NCBI RefSeq assembly: GCF_009914755.1
Contig: NC_060931.1
DNA: 64,000 nucleotides
Reading direction: 5' to 3' (one strand)
Origin: the human T2T-CHM13v2.0 reference genome, Homo sapiens
The translations under genes and the position numbers were made by a program. How positions within the stretch are numbered: the first letter of the stretch is position 1; every line of letters starts with the position of its first letter. Below, piece after piece: positions 1 through 17,795 of this stretch. The notes under the pieces are model-generated. The model did not search any database. It had not been told where the DNA came from and saw only the letters and a list, made by a program, of their open reading frames with translations.

Positions 1-656
1 AGGCACCGTGCCCAGCCTGGATTAAAAAATTTGATGGGACTATATATGAGACTTCTGGCTAATAATTGGCAAACTGAACTCATTTTCCCCTCTCTTTACC
101 TAAACACTGCTAAAATAAGAACAAAGAACAGAGAGGCAAGGGAGATACTCCCCTGTAAACTACAAGGAAACAGAGGAAGGGAAGGGAGAGATTTCAAAGG
201 AGATGTGGAAGGCACAAAGAAGAGGGAATGGTAACCACAGGGTGGACAAATTCTGTGCCTATTGTGGGTCTACACCACAAATGAGCCAGACAACAGGGCA
301 GACAGACAGAGCCCCGTCCCTCACCCATGGAGTCAGCACATTGCCCCTATGCCTGTGTTCCTGGAAGCCTGCAGGCCAGCCTTGGCAGCAATGAATAAGA
401 GGACACACCAGGCCCAGCACAGGGCTGGAGTGAGGTGTCGGTCGACTGAGGGCAAGGAGGGGGAGCCAGTCTATGCACAGAATCAAGGGGCCCTCTGCCA
501 CCATCCCCCTCCCTGACGGCAGAATTCCAGCAGCTGAGCCTACGCCTGATTCCTGCTTTCCAGCACTTTCCCAGGGCAGCAAGGGACAGCCACTTTGTGT
601 AAAAAGCCATTTAATACTATTTGATTTCTAAGCTATGTGCAATACACTATGTTAAC

Positions 657-729
657 ATATATATATACATATATATACATATACATATATATACACATAT
701 ATACACATATATATACACACATACATAGA
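657..729. repeat. (TA/TATACA)n microsatellite next to an Alu tail
   Basis: Run of atatatacat units directly visible. Confidence 0.9.
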
Positions 730-1012
730 TTTTTTTTTTTTGAGAGAGTCTCATTCTGTCACCCAGGCTGTAGTGCAGTGGCACAATTTTGGCTCACTGC
801 AATCTCTGCCTCCCGAGTTCAAGTGATACTCCTACCTCAGCCTCCCGAGTAGCTGGAATACAAGTGCCCACCACCACACCTGGCTAATTTTTGTATTAGT
901 AGAGACAGGGTTTCACCATATTGGCCAGGCTCAAACTCCTGACCTCCAGTGATCTGCCCGCCTTGTCTGCCCAAAGTGCTGGGATTACAGGCGTGAGCCA
1001 CCGTGCCCGGCC
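730..1012 (-). mobile_element. AluS element
   Basis: Poly-T followed by the reverse-complement Alu body ending ...gagccaccgtgcccggcc. Confidence 0.95.
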
Positions 1013-1163
1013 ATATTTTTTAATTTTTAAAAGAACGCAGAGGTAAGTATTTGTGTAATCTCAGGGATGGGGAGGAATTTTCTAAACATGATTCCAAAAC
1101 TTAAATATTTAAAAAGAAATAATAAAACATTTTGTTAAAAAAAAAAAAACAAAAAAAACTATA

Positions 1164-1460
1164 GGCTGGGCACAGTGGCTCACACCTGTAAACCCAGCAC
1201 TTTGGGAGGCCAAGGCTAGAGGATCACTTGAGGCCAGAGTTCAAGACCAGCCTCAGCACACAGTGAGACCCATCTCTACAAAAAAAAAAAAAAAATTAAT
1301 TAGCTGGACATGACGGCACACACCTGTGGTCCCAGCTACTTGGCAGGCTGAGGCAGGAGGATCACTTAAGCTAGGGGTTCAAGGTGGCAGTGAGCTATGA
1401 TCGCACCACTGCACCCCAGCCTAGGTGACAGAGTGAGACCCTGTAACTATAAAAATAATT
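1164..1460 (+). mobile_element. AluJ element
   Basis: ggctgggcacagtggctcacacctgtaa start, A-rich linker, J-type gagctatgatcgcaccactgc. Confidence 0.9.
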
Positions 1461-1766
1461 TTTAATAATAAACACAAAGTTAAAAAGTAATACTAAAGAA
1501 ATAAAGGGATAAAGAGCAAACATAGAAAATTTTGCAACATGTAATAAAGGCTACTATTCTTTCCACTACAATTCTTTAAAAAACATTTTTTAAAAAACCG
1601 TGACCAATGAACAGACATAAAACATCAATGTGCAATTCACAAAAGGAAAAATCAAGCAGCCAATAAGTATATGAAAACAAAACGTATGTGCTCACTTATA
1701 ATCTCAGAAATCCAAGCTAAAACACCAACACAAAACCACTTTAGCTGTCAAATTTTGAAAAACAGA

Positions 1767-2077
<311 letters not shown>

Positions 2078-2165
2078 TCATTGCTGCTGGAAATTAAAAT
2101 AGGAAAAAGCTTGAAGAAAGTCTGCAAATTGTGGACCTGATAATTCCTCTTCTAAGAATTTCTCC

Positions 2166-2470
<305 letters not shown>

Positions 2471-2603
2471 GAATTTGTCCTTAAAAAAATACTTACAGAT
2501 GTGCAATATTTTTCATTAGTGAAATCGAAAACAACACGTGGCACACCCATTTGTGGACTATGATGAATTCGTTGAAAATGTTGAAGTGGGAGAATATGTA
2601 ATA

Positions 2604-2683
2604 TTAGGGTGGTGCAAAAGTAATTACGGTTTTTGCCATTGAAAGTAACGGCAAAAACCGCAATTACTTTTGCACCAACTTAA
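2604..2683. mobile_element. MADE1 (Hsmar1-derived 80-bp MITE, miR-548-type hairpin)
   Basis: 80-bp near-perfect palindrome ttagggtggtgcaaaagtaattacggtttttgccatt-gaaagt-aacggcaaaaaccgcaattacttttgcaccaacttaa, with TA on the left flank. Confidence 0.93.
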
Positions 2684-2952
2684 CACAGAAACATTCACAG
2701 GATATTAAGTGAAAAAACAGTTCATTTAGGAATGGATGCTGCAACCCCTTCAGATAATAAAGAGGGGAATACAGAGTAAAGACACACAACATCCACACAA
2801 ATGCAGACTCTGGGACATTTTAGCCTGAAACTGTCATCAATGATTACCTCTGGGGTCAGTGGGATTACGAGTGAATTTAATTTTCTTCTATTTGCTTATC
2901 TTTAAAAGTTTAACCACAAACCTTTTACTTATGCACTTAAAAGAATATTTTA

Positions 2953-3260
2953 GGCCGGGGGCAGTGTCTCATGCCTGAAACCCCAGCATTTTGGGAGGCC
3001 GAGGTGGGAGGATGAGAGGATTGCTTGAGTCCAGGAGTTCAAGACCAACCTGTAACAGCATAGTGAGACCCTGTTTCTACAAAAAACTTAGAAATCAGCT
3101 GTGCATGGTGTCACATGCGTGTAGTCCCAGCTATTCTGGAGGCTGAGGCAGGAGGATCACTTGAGCTCAGGAGTTCAAGGCTACAGTCAACTATGATGGC
3201 ACCACTGCACTCCAGCCTGGGCGACAGAGCAAGACTGCCTCTCAAAAGAAAAATAAACAA
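2953..3260 (+). mobile_element. AluJ element
   Basis: ggccgggggcagtgtctcatgcc start, dimer body, tail merging into a GA-rich tract. Confidence 0.9.
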
Positions 3261-3261
3261 A

Positions 3262-3610
3262 TAAACGAAAGGAAAGGAAAGGAAAAAAAAAGGAAAGGAA
3301 AGGAAAGGAAGAAGGAAGGAAAGGAGAGGAGGAGGGAAGAGAGAGAGAGAAAGAGAGACACAGAAAGAGAGAGAGAGAAAGAAAGAGAGGGAGGGAGGGA
3401 GGAAGGGAGGGAGGGAGAAAAAGAAAGAAAGGGAAGGAGAAGGCAGGGAAGAAGGGAGCAGGGGAGGGAGGGAGGGAAGGAGGCAGGAGGGGAGGGAAGG
3501 AGGGAGGGAGGAAGAGAGAAAGAAAGAGAAGAGAAGGAAGGAAGGAGAGAGAAGGGGGGGACGGAGGGAGGGAGGAAGGGAAGGGAAGGAAGGAAGAAAA
3601 GGAGGGAAGG
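3262..3610. repeat. Polypurine (GGAA/GGGA/GAGA)n low-complexity tract
   Basis: About 350 bp of almost pure A/G on the + strand. Confidence 0.95.
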
Positions 3611-4849
3611 TGTTTCCAAATGAGAAAGCAAAAATGAGACAGCAGCAGTTTTCTCCTGGGGAAATCCCTGTTAGGTTGGTGAGTCTTACAAGCCATCATC
3701 CCACAGAGGATTTATTCCTAAACATTTCTACAATGAAGGCTGAGAGGATCTAATGTTGCAGTTTGGTACCACAACTGTTCCCACAACTCTGTTTGCTCTG
3801 CCTGGCTGGCCCCACCAGAGAACTGATGACAGCCAGCATCTGGTAGGATGGGACAGCTGGGCTGCAAACGCTGGAGACAGAACTGTGACCACAGGGCGAA
3901 CTGGGCTGCTGCCACTCAGAGAAGAACCTGTGTGGCACCTGGACAGACCTGGCCTAGGAAGTCCCCCCCAGACTCAGAAAGGAGTGCTAGGCTGAGAGGA
4001 AAGAAAGGGCTGAGGTTAGGGATTTGAGGAGAACATTACTTCCAGTCTTTCTAAGAAAAAGAACTCAATGTCTCCCTCCAAGAGACACCAGCATGACACC
4101 GGCCCCAGAATTGGAGGCTCCAGCCCTGGTAAACACCGGGAATCCAAAGAACGTCCTCGCAACAGATGAAAAAGTAAGGACATGAATGAACTGGAAATAC
4201 AGAAAAAAAGAATGTCAAACCACCCCACCCTTTAGGAAAAATATTTCACTCTGTGCAATAGATCAAATTCTACTTCCCAGTGATTTGCAAAACAGTATGG
4301 GACCTGAGTGTTATTTCTGATTGAGCGTCTATGGCTGCTCACAGGGACCCTTTTTCTCTGGTCTCACCTCCCTCTGTCAATAACCTGATCTGGAAATTTC
4401 ACTCAAATTCATAAGGGGCATCCCTATTTCAAAGGACTCTACAACGTGAATTATTTGGTTTCAATGCAAATGATACTCAAGTCTTAAACATCTGTTCAGA
4501 TATTCTTAAAGGGTCCCATTAAGAAACACCTTGATTTTACGTTATTTTCTCTTCTGCTAATTCTCTGAAGAATTCAAGGGACTGAAAGAAGTCGCTCATT
4601 TGACGCACTTTCATTCTTTCTCCTACTACCAACCTCTCCAATAGTGTCTCAACTATTATCTCCCTCTTACTCTGGAGCAAAAAAATCACAGAGCAAGGGA
4701 CAGAAGATCAGGATTCCTTGCAGAAGAACCACCTTGCAAACAGACACAAGCTTATTCTTTCCACATTGGTGTCCAGGAGTTATGATGACAGAGGATCAAA
4801 TGTACAGCTAGCTCTCCACAGTATAGTTAGTCCTCCAATTAAACTTCAT

Positions 4850-5133
4850 TTTTCTTTTGAGATGGTGTCTTGCTCTATTACCCAGGCTGGAGTGCAGTGG
4901 TGTGATCATAGCTCACTGCAGCCTCGAACTCCTGGGTTCAAGCAATCCTCCTGCCTCAGTCTCCTGAGTAGCTAGAACCACAGGCATGCACCACCATGTG
5001 TAGCTTTTTTTTTTTTTTTTTTTTTTTTTGTAGAGACAGGGTCTCGCTATGTTGCCCAGACTAGTCTCAAACTCTTGGACTCAAGCAGTCCTCCCACCTC
5101 AGCCTCTGGAGTAGCTGGGATTTCAGGCATGTG
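4850..5133 (-). mobile_element. AluJ element
   Basis: Reverse-complement Alu with a long internal poly-T linker. Confidence 0.85.
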
Positions 5134-6250
5134 TCAGAATGGCTATTATTAAAAAGTCAAAAGAAAAAAAAAAAGATGCTGGCAAGGATGTGGAGAAAAA
5201 GAATGTTTATACACTATTAGTCTGTTAGTGTGAATACAAATGAGCACAACCTCTATGGAAAACAATATGAAGATTTCTCAAAGAACTGAAAAGAGAACTA
5301 CATTTGATCCAACAATCCCACTACTGGGTATCTACCCAAAGGAAAAGAAATCATCTTATCAAAAAGAGATCTGCACCCATATGTTTATCCAAGCACTATT
5401 TGCAACAGCAAAGATAAAGAATCAACTTAAGTGTCCATCAATCGAGGACTGGATAAAGAAAATGTGGTATAGACATATATATTCTGTATTATTTCGTTTT
5501 CATGCTGCTGATAAACACATACCCGAGACTGGACAATTTACAAAAGAAAGAGGTTCCACAGACTCACGGTTCCACATGGCTGGGGAGGCCTCACAATCAT
5601 GGCTGAGGGCAAGGAGGAGCAAGTCACATCTTACATGAATGGTGGCAGGCAAAGACAGAGAGCTTGTGCAGGGAAACTCCCTCTTTTAAAACCAAGAGAC
5701 CTCATGAGACTTATTCGCTATCACGAGAACAGCATGGAAAAGATTCAATTACCCCATGATTCAACTACCTCCCACTGGGTCCCTCCCACAACATGTGGGA
5801 ATTCAAAATGAGATTTGGGTGGGGACACAGCCAAACCATATCATATACACATACACACAATGGAATACTACTTAGCCATGAAAAAGAATGCAGTAGCACC
5901 ATAGATGGAACAGGAGGCCATTATCTGTAAGTGAAATAAGTCAGAATACTATTTGGTTTCCAAGCTATGCACAATATACTATGTTAACAAATACATATAT
6001 TTTTTAATTTTTAAAAGAACAGAGGTAAATCTGTGGTGAGGCTGGGGTGAGATGTCCACTGAAGGCAAGGGGGGTGGGCCTTGGGAGCTAAATAATGTGT
6101 ACACACGGACATAGAGAGTGGAAACATAGACAATGGAGACTCAGAAAGGTAGGAGGGTGGGAGGGGATGAGAGATAAGAAATTACTTAATGGATACAATG
6201 TACACTATTCGGGCGATGGTTACACTAACAGCCCAGACTTCATCACTAGG
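5134..6250 (+). mobile_element. L1 3' end (L1MA/L1PB-type ORF2 C-terminus and 3'UTR), interrupted
   Basis: ORF 5240-5638 begins with L1 ORF2 C-terminal motifs (DPTIPLLGIYPKE...CPSIEDWIKKMWY). Interrupted by a THE1 LTR and by a non-L1 patch. Confidence 0.9.
5485..5843 (-). mobile_element. THE1-family MaLR solo LTR
   Basis: tgtatt...catggctggggaggcctcacaatcatgg...gagatttgggtggggacacagccaaaccatatca. Confidence 0.92.
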
Positions 6251-6252
6251 CA

Positions 6253-6440
<188 letters not shown>

Positions 6441-6841
6441 AAGAGCAGACTGTGGTCCTCTAAAAATCAGGCTGTAATACCAGGCAAGCAGGCAGAGAGG
6501 GAGGGCCAAGATCAAGCCAAGCTGCTGACCAGGGCTAGGACGGCGGGCTAGGACCCCAGCCTACGACCTTGCAAAACGGTAGAGCAATCCAGTACCATTC
6601 AGGCAAGGGTAAGTCCCAGGAAATCCAGTCCAGTGAGTCGAGCCTGAAGTGCGGGAGGATTCAGGGAGCTCTATCTGTTCCCCAGGTGCACATGCTCCAG
6701 GAGTGGCTCTTATTGGGGAAGCAAGAATGAGGTAACAAGTTTCGGGATGGAAGCAGAAAAGAGCCACGGTCCTGGGACCTAGGATGACATAAGCAAAGAA
6801 GTACTCTGCAGACACTTGTACAAGTTGAGCAATTAGAATTA

Positions 6842-7370
<529 letters not shown>

Positions 7371-8225
7371 TGCTGCCTCAATCTTTATGCTCACTTTCAG
7401 CTGCCCCCTAAGACTTCACCTATTCAATTTAAACACTTGATCTTCTAGGACATAATGCACACACCCTGAAAAAGCACTATTTGAGTCCTTGAGTTTCGCA
7501 TTTATTGTCTTCATCTCAAGGCAGCTCACAAAGAGCCGGGCAGGAAACCGTCCCTGTCGACACTGACATGCTGAGACAGGTGACTTGGGTTGAGAAAGCA
7601 AGAAAAAAGGATCCAACGAAATACAACTTATTAGTCATCACGCGTTGAGCACATCACGGCTGGGTGATAAATGCCAAGAGCATCAATTATGAACTATTCT
7701 TACAACAAGCTGAACATATTCACCACAACACCAAGAAATCTATAGGTTACAAGTGTTCTCTATGGGTTTCAACGACAGGAGACAATATTTTGGGCGAAAA
7801 TCGTAAACGTAATTGTTTTGCGTGAAGTGGGGCAGCCTACATCAGCGTCCCACCTGGAAACAAGCTGTTGAACATCTGTCAAGGTGTCAACTCCAACTGC
7901 AGAAGCAAAGAATTTCATTAAGCTTCTGTGTAGTTAACTAAAGTTGGTGAGGTGCCTGGAGGGAGGGGACGGAAAATCACAGGTATAATTAACTGTGACA
8001 TCGCTGGAGTCACAGGTGCCTTTAACATGACTATACCCGCAGTCTTTCTGGATAGCTCTGTCTCCTGATTCTCCCTTACCAAGAACAGCACAAAGTGTCA
8101 TCTCTCTTGGCATCTTCCTGCCACGTCTGTCCTCCTGAGCAGACCTCCTGTTCTAGTGGTCTGTGACTCTAAACAAATCACCCTGGGTCCCAGCTTCCTC
8201 CACCACAAAACACAGTGGTTTAGAC

Positions 8226-8755
8226 CAGCTGTCCCCAACATTTTTGGCACCAAGGACCAGTTTCGTGGAAGACAGTTTTTCCCATGGACCGGGGGCAGGA
8301 GGGGATGGTTTGGGGATGATTCAAGCACATTCCATTTATCGTGCACTTTATTTCTATTATTATTAGATTGTAATATACAATGAAATAATTCTACAACTCA
8401 CCATCATGTAGAATCAGTGGGAGCCCTGAGCTTATTTTTCTGCAACTGGATGGTCCCATCCGGGGGTGCTGGGAGATAGTGACAGATCATCAGGCATTAG
8501 ACTCTCATAAGGAGGTTGCAACCTAGATCCCTTGCATGCACAGTTCACAATAGGGTTCCTATGAGAATCTAACACTGCCGCTGATCTGACAGGAGGCGGA
8601 GCTCAGGTTTACGGTAATGTAAGCAATGGGGAGTGGCTGTAAATACAGAAGCAGCACCGCTCCCTTGCCCACCGCTCACCTCCTTCTGGGTAGCCTGGTT
8701 CCTAACAGGCCATGGACCAGTCAGTACCCATCCATGGCCAAGGGGTTGGGGACTT
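8226..8755 (+). mobile_element. MER1A-like hAT-Charlie DNA transposon
   Basis: cagctgtccccaac...ggggttggggac termini, ~530 bp, 8-bp TSD gtttagac at 8218-8225 and 8756-8763. Confidence 0.9.
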
Positions 8756-8829
8756 GTTTAGACTAGATAATTCCTAAGTTCCTTTCCATTTCTCCAAGCT
8801 TCCAATTCTGACACTATAAATTCTGACCA

Positions 8830-9256
8830 GGAGTGAAATAAACCAGGCACAGAAAGACAAACTTTGCATGTTCCCACCTATTTGTGGGAACTAAAAATTA
8901 AAACAATTGAACTCATAGAGATAGAGAGTAGAAGGATGGTTTCCAGAGGCTGGGAAGGGTAGTGGAGGAATGTGGGGGATGTGGGGATGGTTAATGGATA
9001 CAAAAAAATAGGAAGAATGAATAATACCCTAGTACTTGCTAGGACAACAGGGTAACTATAGTCAAAAATAATTTAATTTTAAATTTAAAAATTTAAAATC
9101 CCTTGTTCATAACACAAGGGATAAACGTTTGAGGGGATGGATATACCCCACTTACCCTGACATCATTATTACACACTGCATGCCTGTATCAAAATATCTC
9201 ATGTACCCTATAAATATGTACCCACAAAAATCAAAAAAATTTTTAAATAAATAAAT
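8830..9256 (+). mobile_element. L1MA 3' end fragment
   Basis: caggcacagaaagacaaa...gatagagagtagaaggatgg...ctcatgtaccctataaatat followed by an A-rich tail. Confidence 0.85.
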
Positions 9257-9721
9257 ATCCTGGGTGGAGTGGGAACAGAAAAAGGACAGGGGAGGGGAGG
9301 GGAGGGGAAGGCACGCAAAAAAACCAATTTGTAATTCAAACCACACAGAAAAAAAAAAAAAAAATTCCTGACCAGGGACAGGAGAATATGCTAAATCTTG
9401 AAGGATAAATAAGTTTCATCCTGACAACTGGTTCTGAGAGGGACGCTGTAGAGAGGACTCAGAGTGTGCTGTGAGCCTTTGCAGTGAGTCTGTCTTGTTC
9501 TGAGGGGTGGGAAAGGCAGGAACCCAGTCCTTTGTTCTCTAACCCTGCCCTGGATGAACCCACGCTACCAGGAATCTCATGAAAAGGCAGTGATTCTGGA
9601 AGCCCTTCGTGTGAAGCTACGGATGTCAGGAAAATGCTTCTCTTAACTAGCATCTTGGTAGTCCCACTGTGGTCCACCCTATAGCAGTGGTGGCTGCAGC
9701 TTGTTGGAAATGCCTGCTCCA

Positions 9722-10545
<824 letters not shown>

Positions 10546-10787
10546 AAAATCTCTGCTTCAGATTCTAGCACTCAAATCCAAGTTCTGGAGGGATTTCACC
10601 TCCTCCAGAAAGGTCTGTTTCCTGAAAAAGCATCACTGATAACCATCCTTTTCCAAGACCACAGCAGGGTCATCCCATCTCTGGAGTTATCATTTATGAC
10701 GGGGTCACTGTCCCAATCATACCTGCCTCTTGCATTTACCTTCCCTCCTAATATTATTCCCCAATAACCTCCAAAATCTTTCCCTAG

Positions 10788-11165
<378 letters not shown>

Positions 11166-11300
11166 CTCAAATTTTTCCCTGTTGCCTACTACCCTTTGAG
11201 GGTTCCAGGGAGTTCTGTGCTGGGTTTTTGGAAGCTCGACAGATGCATTTATCTCTTTGGGTGTCGAGAATTAGAGAATTTCAGCGTTTACTTAAAGATT

Positions 11301-12071
<771 letters not shown>

Positions 12072-12173
12072 TCATGAAGGGAACGGATTGATGGCAACCC
12101 ACAAAACAGGCTTGAAAATGCAATAACCTCGCAGAGACCTCTCTGCCGCTTGACATCTGGGCAAAAAATGTGA

Positions 12174-12491
<318 letters not shown>

Positions 12492-13494
12492 TAACTATTG
12501 AAAGTGGTTTTACAAACTCAGATCCTGATCGTCCTTGCACAAAGGTTGCTTGTCTTGGATAGGCACAGAAAGGATGAAGGCTTTAGCTAGTGGGTTACAT
12601 ACCTCTGGGTTTCCAAGTACTAAGCCGTGACCCTGTGCAACATCTCTGTGACCTGGCTACATCTCTGTTTCTTCATCTGTAAAATGGGAGAAATAAAGCA
12701 GATGACACCTACTAAGCACTAAGCTAGTTTGCCTGCTGAGATGGAATATGTGTTTATGTGTATGCATATAAAATGAATCATCAGCCACAGATCAGATTAA
12801 AAAGCAGAGCAACTGGTTTTCCGAACCAGCAGTAGGAATGCTGGAGGCTGAGACGCCACATCAGTGTTCAGTACAGATGTTTGAGGTTTTCTTACCAGGC
12901 TATAAAAATGTTTACACAGTAATTAGGCCTGTTATCAGTACACAAACAGATTACAATTTGCAGAATGAATGAACAGCTCAAAAACCCTCTCGGTTTTCAT
13001 GAGGTTCGGAGCATTTTCCTAATTCTTGGGTTTACAAAAATAAATTCGGTTTCCAATAACAAGGAGCCACAGCTGAGTGTAGGGGAAAGGGCTCTGGGGT
13101 GTGAAATGAACTCTGTTTGACAGTGCACATGTCACTCAGTCTCTCTGACTGAGTCTCCCCATCTGTCAAATGAGCTAACCAAGGTTCCTCTTCTCCTTTA
13201 AATTCCATGGTTCTATTACTTTGCAGTCAATGTCTTCTAAACACATATTCATTCTTTTCACCACAAAAGGATATGTTTAGTTAATGATTTTTAAGGTAGT
13301 AATTCTGCTGAATCACATGAGACTCCAATCCAACACTATTCAGTCATATTGAGACTGAGTTTGTGGCAGTTAATTCCTGACAATGAAGCCCCCAAGCCCA
13401 GTCTGTAGGATGAGACCACAAGGTCAACTTGGGCTTTATGTGAACATCCAGCTCTTCCAGAACACATCAATGGTTCTGAGTAACACTTGATTGA

Positions 13495-13788
13495 GGCTGG
13501 GTGCAGTGGCTCACGCCTGTAATCCCAGCACTTTGGGAGGCTGAGGCAGGAGAATCACTTGAGGTCAGGAGTTTGACACCAGCCTGGCCAGTATGGTGAA
13601 ACCCGTCTCTACTAAAAATACGAAAATTAGGTGTGGTGACACGTGCCTTTAGTCCCAGCTACTCAGGAGGCTGACGCAGGGGAATCCCTTGAATCCAGCA
13701 GGCGGAGGTTGCAGTGAGCTGAGATCACGGCACTGCACTCCAGCCTGGGCAACAGAGCAAGACTCTGTCTCAAAAATAAATAAATAAA
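13495..13788 (+). mobile_element. AluS element with TSD
   Basis: Flanked by aacacttgattga and aacacttcattga. Confidence 0.92.
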
Positions 13789-14482
13789 CGAACACTTCAT
13801 TGAACGTTTTTCTTTTCCTGTTTTCAAAGAATAATACTTAGTTGTAACAAATATGACACCAAAATAATTAGCCAAGCTGTCGAATTTGCACTTCTACATT
13901 TTCCTATTGCCTAACTTTTGATAATGAAAAAGTGCACGCGATTTGTAATCGTGATACAAACTTTTGGGATCCAATGATGTTTGGGAAAGCAATAATGTTT
14001 AAATGTTCAGAAATAAGCTTTTAATGAATATTTAATTGCTCTATTCTTCATAAGTATAAATTATGCTTTCAGTAACACTCTGAATACTAAAAAGGCAAGG
14101 TTCAGTTCTTCCTAGTTATGTGTTCAAATTTCCTAATAATTTGTTTAAAAGGGGGAAAAAAAGGTCATCTTGGTTTCAACCTCTATGAGAAGAAACTTGG
14201 AGAGTAATTTAGAAGCAAAGTAACTTCTTACAGCAATACCTCAAATTCAACAAAATTTAGATGTATGTATTTGAAATGCATAGAAAAAAATCTAACAATA
14301 TATGTACTTGAAATGTTAATGGTATTGAGAATGAGAGTGAAGAAAGGTGCCTTCCAAGTTCTATGTAACATTTCTGTATAGCTTTTAATTTCTTTTTTTA
14401 AAAAAAAAATGTTTACTTTCATCGCTAAAAAATGTCTTAAGCACAAAACAGAGCCACTTATTGGGCACCTTGTCAAAACATG

Positions 14483-14838
14483 TAATACAGTTTGGCTGTG
14501 TCCCCACCCAAATCTCACCTTGAATTGCAATAATACTCACGTATCAAGGGTGGGGCCAGGTGGAGATAATTGAATCATGGGGGTGGTTTCCCCCATACTG
14601 TTCTCATGGTAGTGAATAAGTCTGATGAGATTTCATGGTTTTACAAATGGGAGCTCCCCTACACAAGCTCTTTCCTGCCATCACGGAAGACATCCTCTTG
14701 CTCTTCCTTCATCTTCCGCCATGATTGTGAGGCCTCCCAGGCATGTGGTACTACTGTGAGTGCATCAAGCCTCTTTCCTTTATAAATTACCCAGTCTCAG
14801 GTATGTCTTTATTAGCAGTGTGAGAACAGACTAATACG
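14483..14838 (+). mobile_element. THE1-family solo LTR
   Basis: gtttggctgtgtccccacccaaatctc...ataaattacccagtctcaggtatgtctttattagcagtgtgagaacagactaatac. Confidence 0.92.
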
Positions 14839-14903
14839 ATGAGCATCCTGTGTTTTGTCCCAACCAGGACCATGGGTTTTTGAGATTAAAACTCCCAAAA
14901 TAA

Positions 14904-15280
<377 letters not shown>

Positions 15281-15639
15281 GGTGTCTACATTTTAAAACA
15301 AACATTTTTCCGATTGTAAATGTGTGTTCATTTGCAAAACCATAAAATCATTCATAACGCCAACAGCTTTGGACAAGCATTGTTAACATTTTTGGTCCAT
15401 TTATTTCCATTGTTCTTCTGTACCACGTTTTTAAACAAAACTGAAATCATACTATAATTGCAGTTTTGTTTGTATCCACACTTAACTGGTACGTTAGAAA
15501 TCACCAAATTAAGGTCACCAAAGCATTTTCTCTCCATCTGTTACTGTTAAACACTACATTTTATTTTACACTCTGATGGATAAAGACTCACTTTATTGTA
15601 CCACAGTAGTGCAGGCAGAATGGACAGCTGGAGACAGGA

Positions 15640-16970
<1,331 letters not shown>

Positions 16971-17350
16971 GCATTTTCAAAGAATCCAGATTTGTGGTGC
17001 ATGAGATAAAGTAACCTACTTAAATAGGTCTTATTCACAGCAGCACAGTCCCTTAATGAGGCTTTTTAAAATAGATTGTCACCCTCTCCAATAGCCTGGT
17101 CATGGAGAGCTGCCCACAGCCCTGCCAGTGGGAAGGCAAACCAGTTATTTAGTCTTGCTCGGACTTCGATTTTACTTCTCCACCCTGTTACCTAAACCAG
17201 AAACCCAACAGTGACACCTTCCCTTTCTCCCACTTCCCCACCAATTAATAATCCTGCCAATTTTCCCTCCTATGGAAGACAAGCTCAACATCACTCTCAC
17301 TGTCTTTTAGCAGAATCCTTCCAGTTTCCTTTCAGAAAACAATCTCTCCT

Positions 17351-17701
<351 letters not shown>

Positions 17702-17795
17702 TCAGAAACCTACCCCTAGATACAGGGACCCAAAACTATGCCAATCAGATATGTCCTCTGAGCATCTTGAATGCAGCAGAATGATACAGTAACAA

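Noticed and set aside
3187-3699. Pro/Ser/Leu/Phe-rich ORFs here and Lys/Arg/Glu/Gly-rich ORFs at 31491-32056
   Set aside because: They are translations of polypurine/polypyrimidine simple repeats.
5240-5638. ORF resembling a reverse-transcriptase protein C-terminus (also 36490-36771)
   Set aside because: It is a decayed L1 ORF2 fragment running into a THE1 LTR, not a gene.
7600-7950. Possible mitochondrial or foreign insert
   Set aside because: There is no recognisable mtDNA, rRNA or tRNA similarity and no insertion junctions. It is kept only as a CpG-retention observation.
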